64,000 nucleotides of DNA from positions 157,728,001-157,792,000 of the forward strand of contig CM126211.1 in assembly GCA_052327205.1 (NCBI GenBank), given 5' to 3'. The stretch's first letter is position 1. Each line of letters opens with the position of its first letter. The notes under the pieces were generated by a model. That model did no database searches. It was given only the letters and a program-made list of their open reading frames with translations, and was not told the origin of the DNA. The translations under genes were made by a program, and so were the position numbers. Shown piece by piece: positions 1 to 13,709 of this stretch. Origin of the DNA: Somniosus microcephalus. Taxonomy: Eukaryota.

Positions 1-105
1 AAATACTTTAAAAAAATCTGCTATTTTTGATCTATATCAAGCCAAATAGTATAAATTTATGTATTTTAAGAATAATAAAAGCACATAACTATTACCTATC
101 CAATT

Positions 106-238
106 GGAGGTGAAATATGTCTTGGGCGGAAGATAAAATGGCAATATCACATCAGCAGCCTGATTGAAAAAGAAAATTGGGCGGAGTGTAAAACGGGCTG
201 CCAATTTTGTGCTATTGCCCTAGACAAATTTCACACCC
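106..238. mobile_element. Degenerate short MITE related to the 13523-13709 element
   Basis: Imperfect TIRs ggaggtgaaatatgtcttgggc / gccctagacaaatttcacaccc; shared core aaagaaaattg...gtaaaacgggctgcc. Confidence 0.55.
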
Positions 239-635
239 GTTATTTCCTGGGTCATCCCTGAGATAGATCTCATGGGCTTAGATTTTCCAAATAGCATTGT
301 TTTGCTGCCAATGGTCACCCATTTATTAGGGTACCATTGGCATTAAAATAGCACCAACTGGAAATGTCTATATCAAGTATAGTAGGAAGGATCTACGCAA
401 GCTGTTTTTCACCATCCCAAGTATGCATATATTTCAAATACTCCTTATATTTCTACACTGAAATGCACATGTGAAGAGTGGAAGAAGCTGTACACTTTTA
501 AATACACTAAATTTGGCTTTCACCCTGATAGAAATGAATACAAATATTATCAGATGATTGTCCTCAATCCTTCAGTTTTCCATCATATCAATAACAAATT
601 TTGGGATTGCTGCAAACTTAACATGGACATGAACT

Positions 636-843
636 GGCCACAGAGGGCGGTGGAGGCCAGTTCATTAAATATATTCAAGAAGGAGTTGGATACATTTCTT
701 AAGGCTAAAGGGATCAAGGGATATGGGGAGAAGGCAGGGACAGGGTACTGAATTTGGATGATCAGCCATGATCTCATTGAATGGTGGAGCAGGCTCGAGG
801 GGCCGAATGGCCTACTCCTGCTCCTATCTTCTATGTTTCTATG
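636..843 (+). mobile_element. CR1 LINE 3' end fragment
   Basis: Encodes PQRAVEASSLNIFKKELDTFLKAKGIKGYGEKAGTGY*, followed by the 3'UTR and tttctatg tail seen in the longer CR1 copies. Confidence 0.9.
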
Positions 844-1350
844 AATCCGAGAAATGAGAACAGGAGGAAAAGACAAATATTTGACATATATGATCAAATA
901 CTCTAAGCAGCTAAGGTTTCTCTATCATTTTGCCCAAATTTATAAGAAGAATGATTTGTAGCTGAAACTTAAATTTCTGGAGTATTTTTCCTAGCATGTA
1001 TCGTACATCCCTCTGTATTACTCTGTGTGGTCACCATAGCGATGCGGTAGCCTACTTTGCATTTTCAATCATACTTCAAGATACTGAAATAGGATTAGTT
1101 CTTTCCACCGCCCCACTACTATTTCATGCTTATGTGAAAAATAGAATAATCTTAATGCATATACTATATATATGGTGAAAAAATTAACTCCGAGACTAAT
1201 AAATCAAGTGAAATTCTTGACAAGAATGTGGCTTTCAGAAATTCCTTATTCCATAATGAATCTCAGAAGTTTAGAACGATGCCAATAATTTTCTGGTTTG
1301 GATTGCTAGGTTCCCAGAAAGAACAGCAAGTTTTAATCAACTATACTTAC

Positions 1351-1532
1351 CCTGGGATACAAGGTCCACATTCTGCATCAGTGTCTGCAGTGCCTGGCGT
1401 CAAGACAGTGGCTCGAAAGAAACCCTCACAATCTTTGTGCCTTCTGCAGATCTGATATACACCCTTTGAGAATTTGCCATTCTGGCAAGGATGGCAGCCA
1501 TAGGATTCATCCTTAACTCCATATCCACAGTT
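1351..1532 (-). CDS. edar: EDAR coding exon 3: [61 protein letters not shown]
   Basis: tttctttag|AAC...CCAGG|gtaagt, 182 bp. Contains the EDAR-diagnostic [22 protein letters not shown]. Further exons were not seen in 1-1350 and presumably lie left of the window. Confidence 0.97.
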
Positions 1533-2694
1533 CTAAAGAAAATCACATGAATTAGAGGCCGTAGGTGGTTTGTATTGAAAAATATGACTGAAATATGTCT
1601 GCACTGCAGCAGTGCAATGCAAGAATTAGGTTATCAACTTTACCAGTAAAATATATAGCATGCTTATTCTACGTGTGTGGCATTGATGGTTATGAAATTG
1701 AGAAAGGAAGAGTTTGATTTTTTTCCACATCACGGAGGTGCTAAGGGAGATGTATAGTACTATACTGTTAAAAAATGATTTAATTTGGTGCTGGACATTT
1801 TTAATTTGAACCAATGCAGGCATGTTCTTTATTAATTTTAATACATTTCTGGTACACTGTCTCAACATTGTTTTAATTTATTTTTAAGTTGTGGCACAGT
1901 TAAGTTTTAAGTGACACTTCTACACCCCCCTCCCCTCACCCCTCGCTCACCTCACATTCCAAAAGATGCACACGAATCCAGAATCAAGGCCCCATGATGT
2001 CAGGCCCTGTTAGGGGCTGAGGCAAGTTAGTGAGAGACATGCTGCAATATTGTACTAGTGCTAAGTGGGGTGGGCTAGGGAGAGAATTAAAACTACAGGG
2101 TCTATATTACACATTATTGAATCGTAATAATGCCACAATTCATATGGTTTCATATAGTTTCCTAACTACAGCACTCCAAAAGTATGATCTAGCACTTTTG
2201 CTTGCCTCATCAGTAGCAAATAAAACTATGGGCCAAGTTTTGCTGTCAAAGTAACGGTGAGGCTTATGGCGCTCGCCATTATTTATGTGTAAATGGTACA
2301 GCAACTTCAGGCATGGGGCAGGGTTAAATGTGATAATCCAAAAGTGTCCAGGCTGTGCCGCTCCACAGTTAGTATTGAAAAAACGGCACTTTGCTGTATG
2401 CCTCATCGTTGACATCCATTGAATGTCATACAGTTGCATTATTAGCACGGTAGATATGAACTAAACCCGCTGCAAATATTTAAGGTTAGTAATTACAAGC
2501 ATAAGTACCCTTTTACCGACATAATAAGTGTTAATGATTGTCAATTAACCTTTCTGGCACTGAAAATGAACTATTATAAGTGTGTAGTCTCATTCCTTCA
2601 GGTTGTGAATTATTTTAGGAGATTTAAAAACTGTCAAATTTTAAATTTAAATATTTTTCTTACTTTTCCTTTCTGTATATATCAATGATTGTGG

Positions 2695-2849
2695 TATATA
2701 TATCAATGATTTATACTTCAATGTAGGGGACATGATTAAGAAGTTTGCAGATGATACAAAAATTGGTCGTGTGGTTGATAGTGAGGAAGAAAGCTGTAGG
2801 CTGCAGGAAAATATCAATGGACTGGTCAGGTTGGCAGAAAAGTGGCAAA
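2695..2849 (+). mobile_element. CR1 RT fragment
   Basis: YINDL...KFADDTKIG-like coding remnant. Confidence 0.75.
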
Positions 2850-5045
2850 GAAACATAGTAAAATAGGAGCAGGAGTAGGCCATTCGGCCCTTTGAGCCTG
2901 CTCCGCCATTCAATATGATCGTGGTTGATCCTCCATCTCAATACCATATTCCCGCTCTCTCCCCATACCCCTTGATGCCTTTTGTGTCTAGAAATCTATC
3001 TATCTCCTTCTTAAATATATTCAGTGACTTGACCGCCACAGCCTTCTGTGGTAGAGAATTCCACAGGTCCACCACCCTCTGAGTGAAGAAATTTCTCCTC
3101 ATCTCAGTCCTAAATGTCCAACCCCGTATCCTGAGACTGTGACTCCTTGTTCTAGACCCCCCAGCCAGTCTGTCTAGCCCTGTCAGAATTTTATACGTTT
3201 CAATGAGATCCCCGCTCATTCTTCTAAACTCTAGTGAATACAGGCCTAGTCGACCCAATCTCTCCTCATACAACAGTCCTGCCATCCCAGGAATCAGTCT
3301 GGTGAACCTTCGCTGCACTCCCTCTATGGCAAGTATATCCTTTCTTAGGTAAGGAGACCAAAACGGCACACAGTACTCCAGGTGTGGTCTCACCAAGGCC
3401 CTGTATAACTGTAGCAAGACATCCATGCTCCTGTACTCAAATCCTCTTGCAATGAAGGCCAACATACCATTTGCCTTCCTAACTGCTTGCTGCACCTGCA
3501 TGTTAGCTTTCAGTGACTGGTGTACAAGGACACCCAGATCCCAAATTATCACCATTTAAATAATACTCTGCTTTTCTGTATTTCCTACCGAAGTGGATAA
3601 CTTCACATTTATCCACGTTATACTGCATCTGCCATGTATTTGCCCACTCACTCAACTTGTCTAAATCACCTTGAAGCCGCCTTGCATCTTCCTCAGAACT
3701 CACAATCCCACCTAGTTTCTTGTCGTCAGCAAACTTGGAAATATTACATTTGGTTCCCTCATCCAAATCATTGATGTATATTGTGAATAGCTGGGGCCCA
3801 AGCACTGGTCCCTGCGGTACCCCACTAGTCACTGCCTGCCACCCTGAAAAAGACCCATTTATTCCTACTCTCTGTTTCCTGTCTGTTAACCAATTTTCAA
3901 TCCATGCCAGTATATTACCCCCAATCCCATGTGTTTTAATTTTGCACACTAACCTCTTATGTGGGACTTTATCAAAGGCCTTCTGAAAATCCAAATACAC
4001 CACATCCACTGGTTCTCCCTTATCTATTCTACCAGTTATATCCTCAAAAAACTCCAGTAGGTTTGTCAAACACGCTTTCCCTTTCATAAATGTATGTTGA
4101 TTTTGGTTAATCCCATTGCTATTTTCTCAGTGACGTGTTATCACATCCTTTATAATAGACTCTAGCATTTTCCCTACTACTGATGTTAGGCTAACCGGTC
4201 TGTAGTTCCCTGTTTTCTCTCTCCCTCCTTTTTTAAACAGTGGGGTTACATTTGCCACCCTCCAATCTGCAGGAACTGTGCCATAATCTATAGAATTTTG
4301 GAAGATGACAACCAACGCATCCACTATTTCCATGGCTACCTCTTTTAGTACTCTGGGATGCAGATTATCAGGCCCATGGGATTTATTGGCTTTCAGTCTC
4401 ATTAATTTCTCCAGCACTATTTTTTTACTAATACTAATTTCCTTTAATTCCTCCTTCTCATTAGACCCTTGGTTCCCTAGCATTTCTGGGAAGTTATTTG
4501 TGTCCTCTTCTGTGAAGACAGAACCAAAGTATTTGTTTAATTGCTCTGCCATTTCCTTGTTCCCCATTATAAATTCTCCAGTTTCTGACTGTAAGGGACC
4601 TACATTTGTCTTCACCAATCTTTTTCTTTTTACATACTTGTAGATGCTGTTACAGTCCGCTTTTATGTTCCTTGCAAGTTTACTCTCATTCTCTATTTTT
4701 CCCCTCTTAATCAATCTCTTGGTCCTTTTTTGCTGAACTCTGAACTGCTCCCAATCCTCAGGCTTGCTACGTTTTCTGGCAACTTTATAGGATTCCTCTT
4801 TGGATTTAATACTATCCTTAATTTCTTTTGTTAGCCATGGTTGGGCCGCTTTTCCTTGTGTTTTTGCGCCAGAAAGGAATGTATAACTGTTGCAATTCAT
4901 GCATTCGTTCCTTAAATGTTAGTCATTGCCTATCCACCATCATGCCTTTTAATGAAGCTCCCCAATCAATCATAGCCAACTCACTCCTCATACCTTCATA
5001 GTTTCCTTTGTTTAGATTTAGGACCCTAGTTTCGGATTGGACTTC
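2850..5045 (-). mobile_element. 5'-truncated CR1 LINE with frameshifted ORF2 RT
   Basis: ORF pieces 4127-4900, 3503-4087 and 2938-3555 carry NYRPVSLTS, LDFQKAFDKVPH, VPQG, FADD and RPHLEYC; CR1 3'UTR at the left end. Confidence 0.95.
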
Positions 5046-5155
5046 TTAAAGAAAACACCCTGAGTTCTACACAAGCTTTTCCAATTTCGGACAATACAGT
5101 CCTTGTTCTTATAACCAAAACACTAACACCGCATTTCATTCTGCTTTCTATAGTA

Positions 5156-5920
5156 CAGGTAGACTACCCTTTATCCGGACTTCCGAAAACCGAAACCCTC
5201 TAAAAACCTTCGGTTTTTAGAGGGCTCCGGTTGCGGAAGTTCGGATAAAGGGTAAGTCGTGCGCACAACCCCCCGCCGACCCCCCCGCCAGCCCCGACAA
5301 CCGCCAACCCCGCCAGCCGCCGACCCCGCCAGCCCCGACAACCGCCGACCCCCCCGCGGACCCCGCCGGCCCCGACAACCGCCGACCCCGCCAGCCCCGA
5401 CAACCGCCGACGCCCCCGCGGACCCCGCCAGCCCCGACAACCGCCGACCCCGCCAGCCGCCGACAACCGCCGACCCCGCCAGCCCCGACAACCGCCGACC
5501 CCGCCAGCCCCGACAACCGCCGACCCCCCCGCGGACCCCGCCAGCCGCCGACCCCCCCGCGGACCCCGCCGGCCCCGACAACCGCCGACCCCCCCGCGGA
5601 CCCCGCCGGCCCCGACAACCGCCGACCCCGCCAGCCCCGACAACCGCCGACCCCCCCGCGGACCCCGCCAGCCCCGACAACCGCCGACCCCCCTCCCCCC
5701 GCGTACCCCGACCACCGCCGACCCCCCCCCCCGCGTACCCCGCCGGCCCCGACCCCCGCCGACCCCGACTGATTACGCTGAGCGTCAGCGTAAGTCGTGC
5801 GCACGACCCCCCGCCGACCCCCCCGCGGACCCCCGCCGACCCACCTTCCGAAATCCGAAATTCTCCTTTATCTGAAACTCGGCTGGTCCCGAGGTTTTCG
5901 GATAAAGGATAGTCTACCTG
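5156..5920. mobile_element. Non-autonomous Tc1/mariner (pogo/Tigger-like) element
   Basis: TIRs CAGGTAGACTACCCTTTATCCG / CGGATAAAGGATAGTCTACCTG (21 of 22 match), flanked by TA at 5154-5155 and 5921-5922; no transposase. Confidence 0.85.
5262..5842. repeat. Very GC-rich, C-skewed complex minisatellite inside the Tigger-like MITE
   Basis: Shuffled modules ccgccgacccc / cccgcggacccc / gccagccccgacaa; accounts for the Gly/Arg/Pro-rich spurious ORFs. Confidence 0.9.
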
Positions 5921-6579
5921 TACTGACCAGAAATTGTAGCCTGAAAAACTTTCAGATAGTTTTTTTGAAGAGTATAATCAGAAACTTGCATTAGTGAATA
6001 CTAAAAAACCCAGAAATGTGATAAAAATTCAAACCTGGAAATCATTATAATGATTCCAATCTTGGAGTACAATTATATTTAATTGTAACGTGGCTCTAGC
6101 TTGTTAGGTTATAAATGTGGCCAGCTACCACTGATGATCTTCATAATTACAATGATAGTTAACATTTCAAACAGTGAATGGTAAAATAGAACCATGGCCA
6201 GTTGTTCCTACGTAAAAAGGCAATATGCCTGGCAATTTTCTGATCTGGCCAGATGGAAGGGTTGAGAGGAGGTTCAGCATTTCCCAACAGCATGAAAGAA
6301 CATTTTAAGGAGCGAGTCACTTCAATAGATACGACACATTTCCTTGTGGTCAGCTCAAAAGCAGTACTTGCAAACTGGAAAACATGAAAAATACATACTT
6401 TCTAGTCTAAGAGATGGTGACAGACACGGCAAGAGGCAAGGGAAGCAGGTCCTAAACATTGAAAGTAAAATAAAATCTATACCAGTAGAGGTTCACCACA
6501 TTCCACTCATATTACATTAAATAGAAAACCACCACAATATACAAACATACCAAAACAAAGAACAGGAAAGACCAACTGA

Positions 6580-7935
6580 TCCATCAAGACCGTCCCACAC
6601 GGTCATGGTGCAACTTATGACAGTATCTTTTCCCCCACCGCCTACCAAAAACCAGCATGCATCTCCTGGGAGAGGCAAAAAAAGAGGAAAAACCCCGAGG
6701 GCAATTTAGAAAAAAATACTGCAAAATTTCTCTCCAAGTACCAAAGGCAATCAGACAAGTTCCAGGAGCCCAATACCCCACCTACCTTTTATATATAGTC
6801 AGGAACTGGTCCAGTTCACTTTTGAATGTTTTCAGTGAATCGGCACTGGCTGCACATGCCAACAAATTGTTCCAGAGGTCGACAACACTCTGCTAAAAGA
6901 AATACCTCCTCTAACCTAGTTCTATGCTGATGTAAATTATACTCATGTCCCTTTATTCTCTTTAAGAGATCTAACTCAAACAGCCATGCACATGGACCAA
7001 ATCTAATCCATTTATTTAAAAAACCTCAATCAAATTTCATCAAATTCTAGGCTTCTCATCTATTGTGGTAACTGAGGGCCTTTAAACTAGGTATCAATCT
7101 AATGGCCCTCCTCGGAATCTTTTCTAATGCCTCTATATCACCCACTATGTGAGGGGACCAAAACTGGTATTCTAAATGAGGCCTAAACAAAGTCTTATAC
7201 AAAGACAATATAGTAGTTGTTTTGTATTTAATTCTCCAGGCAGTACATCTTAACACTATTTGCTTTTGCATTAGTCTCACAGCACTGGCCGTGGACCTTC
7301 ATAGATTTATGTACATAACATCTAGGTCTTTCTCCCACTCAACAGCCTAAAGCTTGCAACCCTATAGCATCCGCAAACTTGTGGACAGTTCCCCCGATGC
7401 CTTCATCCAGAGCATCAATAAAGATGGTGAAGAGCAAAGGTTCTAACACCAATTCCTGTGGGACTACAATAGTAACCAGCCCCACGCAGAAACTTTACAA
7501 TTAATAACTACCTTCTTGCTACAAAAATACAACCAATTCCTTATCCAACTCAAAATCTGTCTGCTGATCCCACAGGACTCTATCTTATTAAGTCCTTCTT
7601 CTTCTTCTTAGGCAGTCCCTCGGAACCGAGGATGACTTGCTTCCACATTAAAAATGAGTTCGCAGGTGATTGATGAGTCCAATGCGGGACCTACAGACTC
7701 TGTCACAGGTGGGGCAGATGGTGGCTGAAGGGGTGGGTGGGTGGGGTGCTTGGGTTGACGTGCGCTCCTTGCGCTGCCTGCGCTTGGCTTCCGCTTGCTC
7801 CTGGCGAAAAGACTCGAGGTGTTCGGCACCTTCCCGGATGCTTCTCCTCCACTTTGTGCGGTCTTGGGCCAGGGATTCTTATTAAGTAGTCTATAGCCTA
7901 TTATGTGGCACCTTATCAAAGGTGTTCTGAAAAAC
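6580..7935 (-). mobile_element. Old CR1-like LINE 3' portion, interrupted by an RTE insertion
   Basis: ORF 7056-7280 has LYKTLFRPHLEY..QFWSP..ALEKIPRRAIRLIP; FDKVPH-like remnant near 7905-7925. Confidence 0.75.
7594..7876 (-). mobile_element. RTE-clade LINE 3' end
   Basis: 11-bp TSD tcttattaagt (7583-7593 and 7877-7887); (GAA)n tail on the minus strand; ESLAQDRTKWRRSIREGAEHLE-like RTE ORF end. Confidence 0.8.
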
Positions 7936-8790
7936 TTACAATGGGATGTCTAGTTTGGCTAGATCCTGAGATGCCGAGTGCAGAAATGAGTTGCCTCCCG
8001 CAACTGATCTTAGTGGGCAGGTTGATGTGATGTGTTCCATGGTCGCACTTCCGGTCAACCCTCATCATCCACTTGTGGAGCAGGTGTCCGCATCAACCAT
8101 GCCCTGTGCGGATTCGGTTGAGCGCTGTCCCCTGTCTTTGAGGGAGGTTGAAGCCAGGGACCTGTGCTGTTGGGTCAGTTGTATCATTATCTTTAGACTC
8201 AAATAGCTAATTACTGATGGCAGTTGCACAATACCAGAGGTCAAAAGGTGTGTTAGCATCTGTTGTCAAGTTTTAGGGAAAAGGAAATCACTGATGGCTT
8301 CTTAGTTGATGAGTTTTGGTACCAAATGTAGTCCAAGGGATCATGATTCCAAAGTGTAAATCTGACCCCGAATTTATATCTGTGATGCTGAGGTTGGAAG
8401 TGTGCAATATGAAAACAACTGTAGAAATCACTGTTCATAACATAACTTTAATCCAATTTAACAATAACCCCATAACTTGTGAGACTCCATTCCATTCTCA
8501 GTTGATGGGAGCACAGATCAAATAATCAATGGCTGAAAAAATCAGGAGCAGCGTAAATCGGGTGCACTGACCCCTGCATTCGACTCACTGATTTGTGGTT
8601 CCGTCAAGTGAGACTCTATAGCAGAGTAGGATCTCACAATTTACAGATTGTTTATTACCCTGTTTTACCTAATGCAAAATAATATTTTTACGGAAACATT
8701 CTGAAGTCTACTGATACTGTGATTGTCAGTGTATGAGACTTAAAAAATTAGTCATAAAAAAAACTTTATCTTTTTCTAAATGCAACTTAC

Positions 8791-8916
8791 CGAAACAGGT
8801 TCTTCACCTGACTGACACTGAGGACAGGCATGGCAAGCACCAGTGGTCTGATTAAAGTACTCATTTTCCCCGCATTGTGAGGCGTAGTCAGCAATAACTG
8901 AAGAGATTAAGGATAC
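8791..8916 (-). CDS. edar: EDAR coding exon 2: [42 protein letters not shown] (signal peptide end + TNFR cysteine-rich domain 1)
   Basis: cag|GTA...TCG|gtaagt, 126 bp, phase 0/0. Closely resembles human EDAR [41 protein letters not shown]. Confidence 0.95.
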
Positions 8917-9863
8917 CTGACATTCAAGGATAGATCATTAATAGATTGCTAAATGTTCCCATTACCAAAATATTATCATTAATTTAAGTATTTATTTCCA
9001 CGAGCAAGTAAACTTTAAGAAATAAAATAAAAGAATTTCCCCATAGCTAGTGCTGGATTAATACCCATTGTTATGGTAGATTAATAGTGCCAGTTATATT
9101 TATACTTGTCTCCACTTCTGAAGGCACAAAGCACTTTGGCTTAAAACAGACATTATCTGTAATCTGCAGACAAGTGAGACTTTGGTAAAACATTTGCCTC
9201 AAGGAATAGACTTGAATTCTGGCACAGGCTCGGTTCACCCTGTTATTTGTGCATTAGTACAACTATAATCCTAGCTATAAATGACTGGTTGAGATTCCAG
9301 AGTTTCTGTTGTAAATATCTTCTGATGGCTATGTCTAGGGTGGAAAAAGTCAATGGTTCTACTTGAGAGTTTGCTGGATATTTTTAAAGGGCATTGCAAA
9401 ATAAATTATACGATGATGGAAATTGTGTCAAAATGATGATCGCACCTCAAAAACATCATTATACCATTGTGATGATAATGACACACAGCACTGCTTTCTC
9501 ATGGCAACAAAGACAGATGCATGTTTTTAACTTGCATTAATATAGTGCCTTTAACATAGGAAAACATTCTAAAGGAATATCAGATCAAGTTAGATCTTGC
9601 AGATCTGTAAAAACATAAAAACTGTCCTTTTCATGACAGCTTATTTGCCAAATACACAACTATTTAAAGGGTGGCCTACTGTCAGGGGAAACCAGAAGGT
9701 CACCTTTTCTCAATTAAACCCATCTAAATAAAAATTATGGAATATAAATCATAATGTATTCTATTTACACCACATGTTTCTTTTTTGGTGCATGGTTTTG
9801 AAAAGTTTTGCTTTTATTAAAAAAATATTTTTGCTATGAGATTGGTAAAATTATATGACAATT

Positions 9864-12800
9864 TTTATTTTATTCATTTATGGGATGTGGGCATTGCTGG
9901 CAAGGCCAGCATTTATTGCCCATCCCTAACTGCCCTTGAGAAGGTGATGGTGAGCCACTGTCTTGAACCGCTGCAGTCCATGTGGTAAAGGTACTCCCAC
10001 AGTGCTGTTAGGGAGGGAGTTCCAGGATTTTGACCCAGCGACGGTGAAGGATCAGCGATATACTTCTAAGTCTGGATGGTGTGTGACTTGGAGGGGAACT
10101 TGGAGGTGGTGGTGTTCCCATTTGCCTGCTGCCCTTGTCCTTCTAGGTGGAAGAGGTTGCGGGTTTGGGAGGTGCTGCTGAAGAAGCCTTGGCGAGTTGC
10201 TGCAGTGCATCTTGTAGATGGTACACACTGCAGCCACGGTGCGCCGGTGGTGGAGGGAGGGAATGTTTAAGGGGTGGATGGGGTGCCAATCAAGCGGGCT
10301 GCTTTGTCCTGGATGGTGTCGAGTTTCTTGAGTGTTGTTGGAGCTGCACTCATCCAGGCAAGTGGAGAGTATTCCATCACACTCCTTACTTGTGCCTTGT
10401 AGATGGTGGAAAGGCTTTGGGGAGTCAGGAGGTGAGGCACTCGTCTCAGAATACCTAGCCTCTGATCTGGTCCTGTTGCCACAGTATTTATGTGGCTGAT
10501 CCAGTTAAGTTTCTGGTCAATGGTGACCCCCAGGATGTTGATGGTAGGGGATTCGGTGACAGTAATGCTGTTGAATGTCAAGGGGCGGTGGTTACACTCT
10601 CGCTTGTTGGAGATAGTCATTGCCTGGCACTTCTGTGGCGCGAATGTTGCCTGCCACTTATCAGCCCAAGCCTGAATGTCGTCCAGGTCTTGTTGCATGC
10701 GGGCATGGACTGCTTCATTATCTGAGGAGTTGTGAATGGCACTGAACACTGTGCAGTCATCAGCGAACATCCCCATTTCTGACCTTATGTTGGAGGGAAG
10801 GGCATTGACGAAGCAGCTGAAGATGGTTGGGCCTACTACACTGCCCTGAGGAACTCCTGCAGCGATGTCCTGGGGCTGTGATGATTGACCTTCAACTACT
10901 ACAACCATCTTCCTTTGTGCTAGGTATGACTCCAGCCAGTGGAGAGTTTTCCCCCTGATTGCCATTGACTTCAGTTTTACTAGGGCTCCTTGATGCCAGA
11001 CTCGGTCAAATGCTGCCTTGATGTCAGGGGCAGTCATTCTCACCTCACCTCTGGAATTCAGCTCCTTTGCCCATGTTTGGACCAAGGCTGTAATGAGGTC
11101 AGGAGCCGAGTGGTCTTGGCGGAACCCAAACTGGGCATCAGTGAGCAGGTTATTGGTGAGTGAGTGCCGCTTGATAGCACTGTCGCTGACACCTTCCATC
11201 ACTTTGCTGATGATTGAGAGTAGACTGATGGGGCGGTAATTGGCTGGATTGGATTTGTCCTGCTTTTTGTGGCAGGACATACTTGGGCAGTTTTCCACAT
11301 TGTCGGATAGATGCCAGTGTTGTAGCTGTACTGGAACAGCTTGGCTAGAGCTGGAGCATATATCTTCAGCATGATATCTGGGATGCAGTCAGGGCTCATA
11401 GCCTTTGCTGAATCCAGTGCGCTCTGCCTTTTCTTGATGTTACGTGGAGTGAATCGAATTGGCTGAAGATTGGCTTCTGTGATGGTGGGGACCTCAGGAT
11501 TAGGCCGATATGGGTCATCCACTCGGCACCTCTGGCTGAAGATAGTTGCAAACGCTTCAGCCTTGTCTTTGCACTCATGTGCTGGGCTCCACCATCATTG
11601 AGGATGTGGATATTCATGGAGCGTCCTCCACCCGTTAGTTGTTTAATGGTCCACCACCATTCATGACAGGATGTGGCAGGACTGCAGAGCTTTGATCTGA
11701 TCCGTTGATTGTGGGATCGCTTAGCCCTGTCTATAGCATGCTGCTTCCGCTTTTTAGCATTCATGTAGTCCTGTGTTGCAGCTTCCCCAGATTGGCACCT
11801 CATTTTTAGATACGCCTGGTGCTGCTCCTGGCATGCCCTTCTACACTCATTATTGAATGATGGTTGGTCCCCTGGCTTGATGGTAATGGTAGAGTGAGGG
11901 ATATGCCAGGCCATGAGGTTACAGATTGTGGTGGAATACATTTCTGCTGCTGCTGATTGCCCACAGTGCCTCATGGATGCTCAGTTTTGAGCTGCTCGAT
12001 CTGTTCTGAATCTATCCCATTTAGCACGGTGGTAGTGCCACACAACACGATGGAGGGTGTCCTCAGTGTGAAGACGGGACTTTGTCTCCACAATAACTGT
12101 GCGGTGGTCACTGCTACTAATACTATCATGGACAGATGCATCTGCGACAGGTAGATTGGTGAGGACGAGGTCAAGTAGGTCTTTCCCTTGTGTTGGTTCT
12201 CTCACCACCTGCCGCAGGCCCAGACTGGCAGTTATGTCCTTCAGGACTCGGCCAGCTCGGTCAGTAGTGGTGCTAGAGAGCCACTCTTGGTGATGGACAT
12301 TGAAGTCCCTCACCCAGAGTATATTCTGTGCTCTTGCTACACTCCGTGCTTATTCCAAGTGGTGTTCAACATGGAGGAGTACTGATTCATCAGCTGAGGG
12401 AGGGCGGTAGGTGGTAATCAGCAGGAGGTTTGCTTGCCCGTGCTTGACCTGAAACTATGGGACTTCATCAGGTCCAGAGTCAATGTTGAGGACTCCCAGG
12501 GCCACTCCTTCCCAACTGTATACCACTGTGCCGCCACCCCTGGTGGGTCTGTCCTGCCGGTGGGATGGAGGAGTTTGGGACATTGGCTGAAAGGTATGAT
12601 TCTGTGAGTATGACTATGTCAGGCTGTTGCTTGACTAGTCTGTGGGACAGCTCTCCCAATTTTGGCACAAGTCCCCAGATGTTGGTGAGGAGGACTTTGC
12701 AGGGTCGACTGGGCTGGGTGTGCCGTTGCCGTGTCTGTAGCTGGTGCCGAGTTCGATGCCGGGTGGTCCGTCCGGTTTCATTCTTATTATTGTGTTTTCT

Positions 12801-12933
12801 AGCGGTTTGTTACAACTGAGTGGCTTGCTAGGCCATTTCAGAGGGCAGTTAAGAGTCAACCACATTGGGTCTGGAGTCACATATAGGCTAGACCAGGTAA
12901 GGACGGCAGATTTCCTTCCCTAAAGGACATTAA
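9864..12933 (-). mobile_element. Near-complete decayed LINE ORF2 (CR1/L2 group, second family): APE endonuclease + RT
   Basis: PDIVILTESYL, DFNVHH, LDLV and SDH (endonuclease); NYRPISLLS, AFDRVWH, VPQGS and FADD (RT, ORF 10267-11298); several frameshifts; A-rich 3' tail. Confidence 0.9.
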
Positions 12934-13522
12934 TAATTCCAGCTCATCAAAGTCCTGGAAAACTGCCAAGTGGCAATGACGGTGGTAATGATTGGCCTGC
13001 AGAGATCAGGATTAGTTAGATAGAATTACAGGGAAAGTTATCGTTTGAGATTTGTCTGCAAGTTAAAATAGGCACAGGTAATTGTAGTGCAGAAAGGGAG
13101 AGAAATCAGGGTTTGTAGGGAGCTGCAAGGCCAGGATCCTTATGAATAATGGAATTTGTGCAGCATTAAATCAAACTATTGTTTTGCTGGGCATTTAAAG
13201 GATATTTTTTGCAAACTTATGTTCCCAGCATGTAACTTTGTCAGTGTTTATGGAGAATTCTGGCAGGCACAGAGGTCAGCAGGACTTGCAGGATTTTCCG
13301 TCCATTAAGAAAAATTATGTGGGGCCCACTGACGTCCATGCCTGATATGTGCTTCTGGCAGGTGCAGTACTGCACTGGGAGTGTGAATTCATAACTTTTC
13401 CATTATGTAGTACGGCCATAGGGATATAAGATAAACTGAATTCAGAAATCAAACTGACCCAGATTGAGCTCTTTTAGGTCACGCTGCAGATTGGAAAATT
13501 TTGCAAACTTTCCAGTCACTTT

Positions 13523-13709
13523 GGGGTTGAAATTGGTCTTTCCCAGTAGCACGAAACAGGCTCATAGTGGATCGCCAACCTATTTTACACCGTGTCCGAA
13601 TTTCTCCTTCACAGACTTCAGCGGAAAAGAAAATTGTGCACGCTGTAAAACGGGCTGCCGATTCACTACGAGCCTGTTTCGTGCTACTGGCAAAGACCAA
13701 TTTCACCCC
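13523..13709. mobile_element. Nearly fully palindromic ~187-bp MITE with Harbinger-like GGGG..AAATT ends
   Basis: ggggttgaaattggtctttcccagtagcacgaaacaggctc... is the inverted complement of ...gagcctgtttcgtgctactggcaaagaccaatttcacccc. Confidence 0.8.

Noticed and set aside
554-751. 65-aa ORF as a possible host exon
   Set aside because: Its C-terminal half is a CR1 ORF2 end fused by chance to flanking sequence.
5171-5912. Four overlapping Gly/Arg/Pro-rich ORFs
   Set aside because: They arise from a stop-free GC minisatellite inside a MITE.
7940-8200. GC-richer block that may be a repeat fragment or an exon
   Set aside because: No recognisable protein motif, splice pair or terminal structure; left unassigned.
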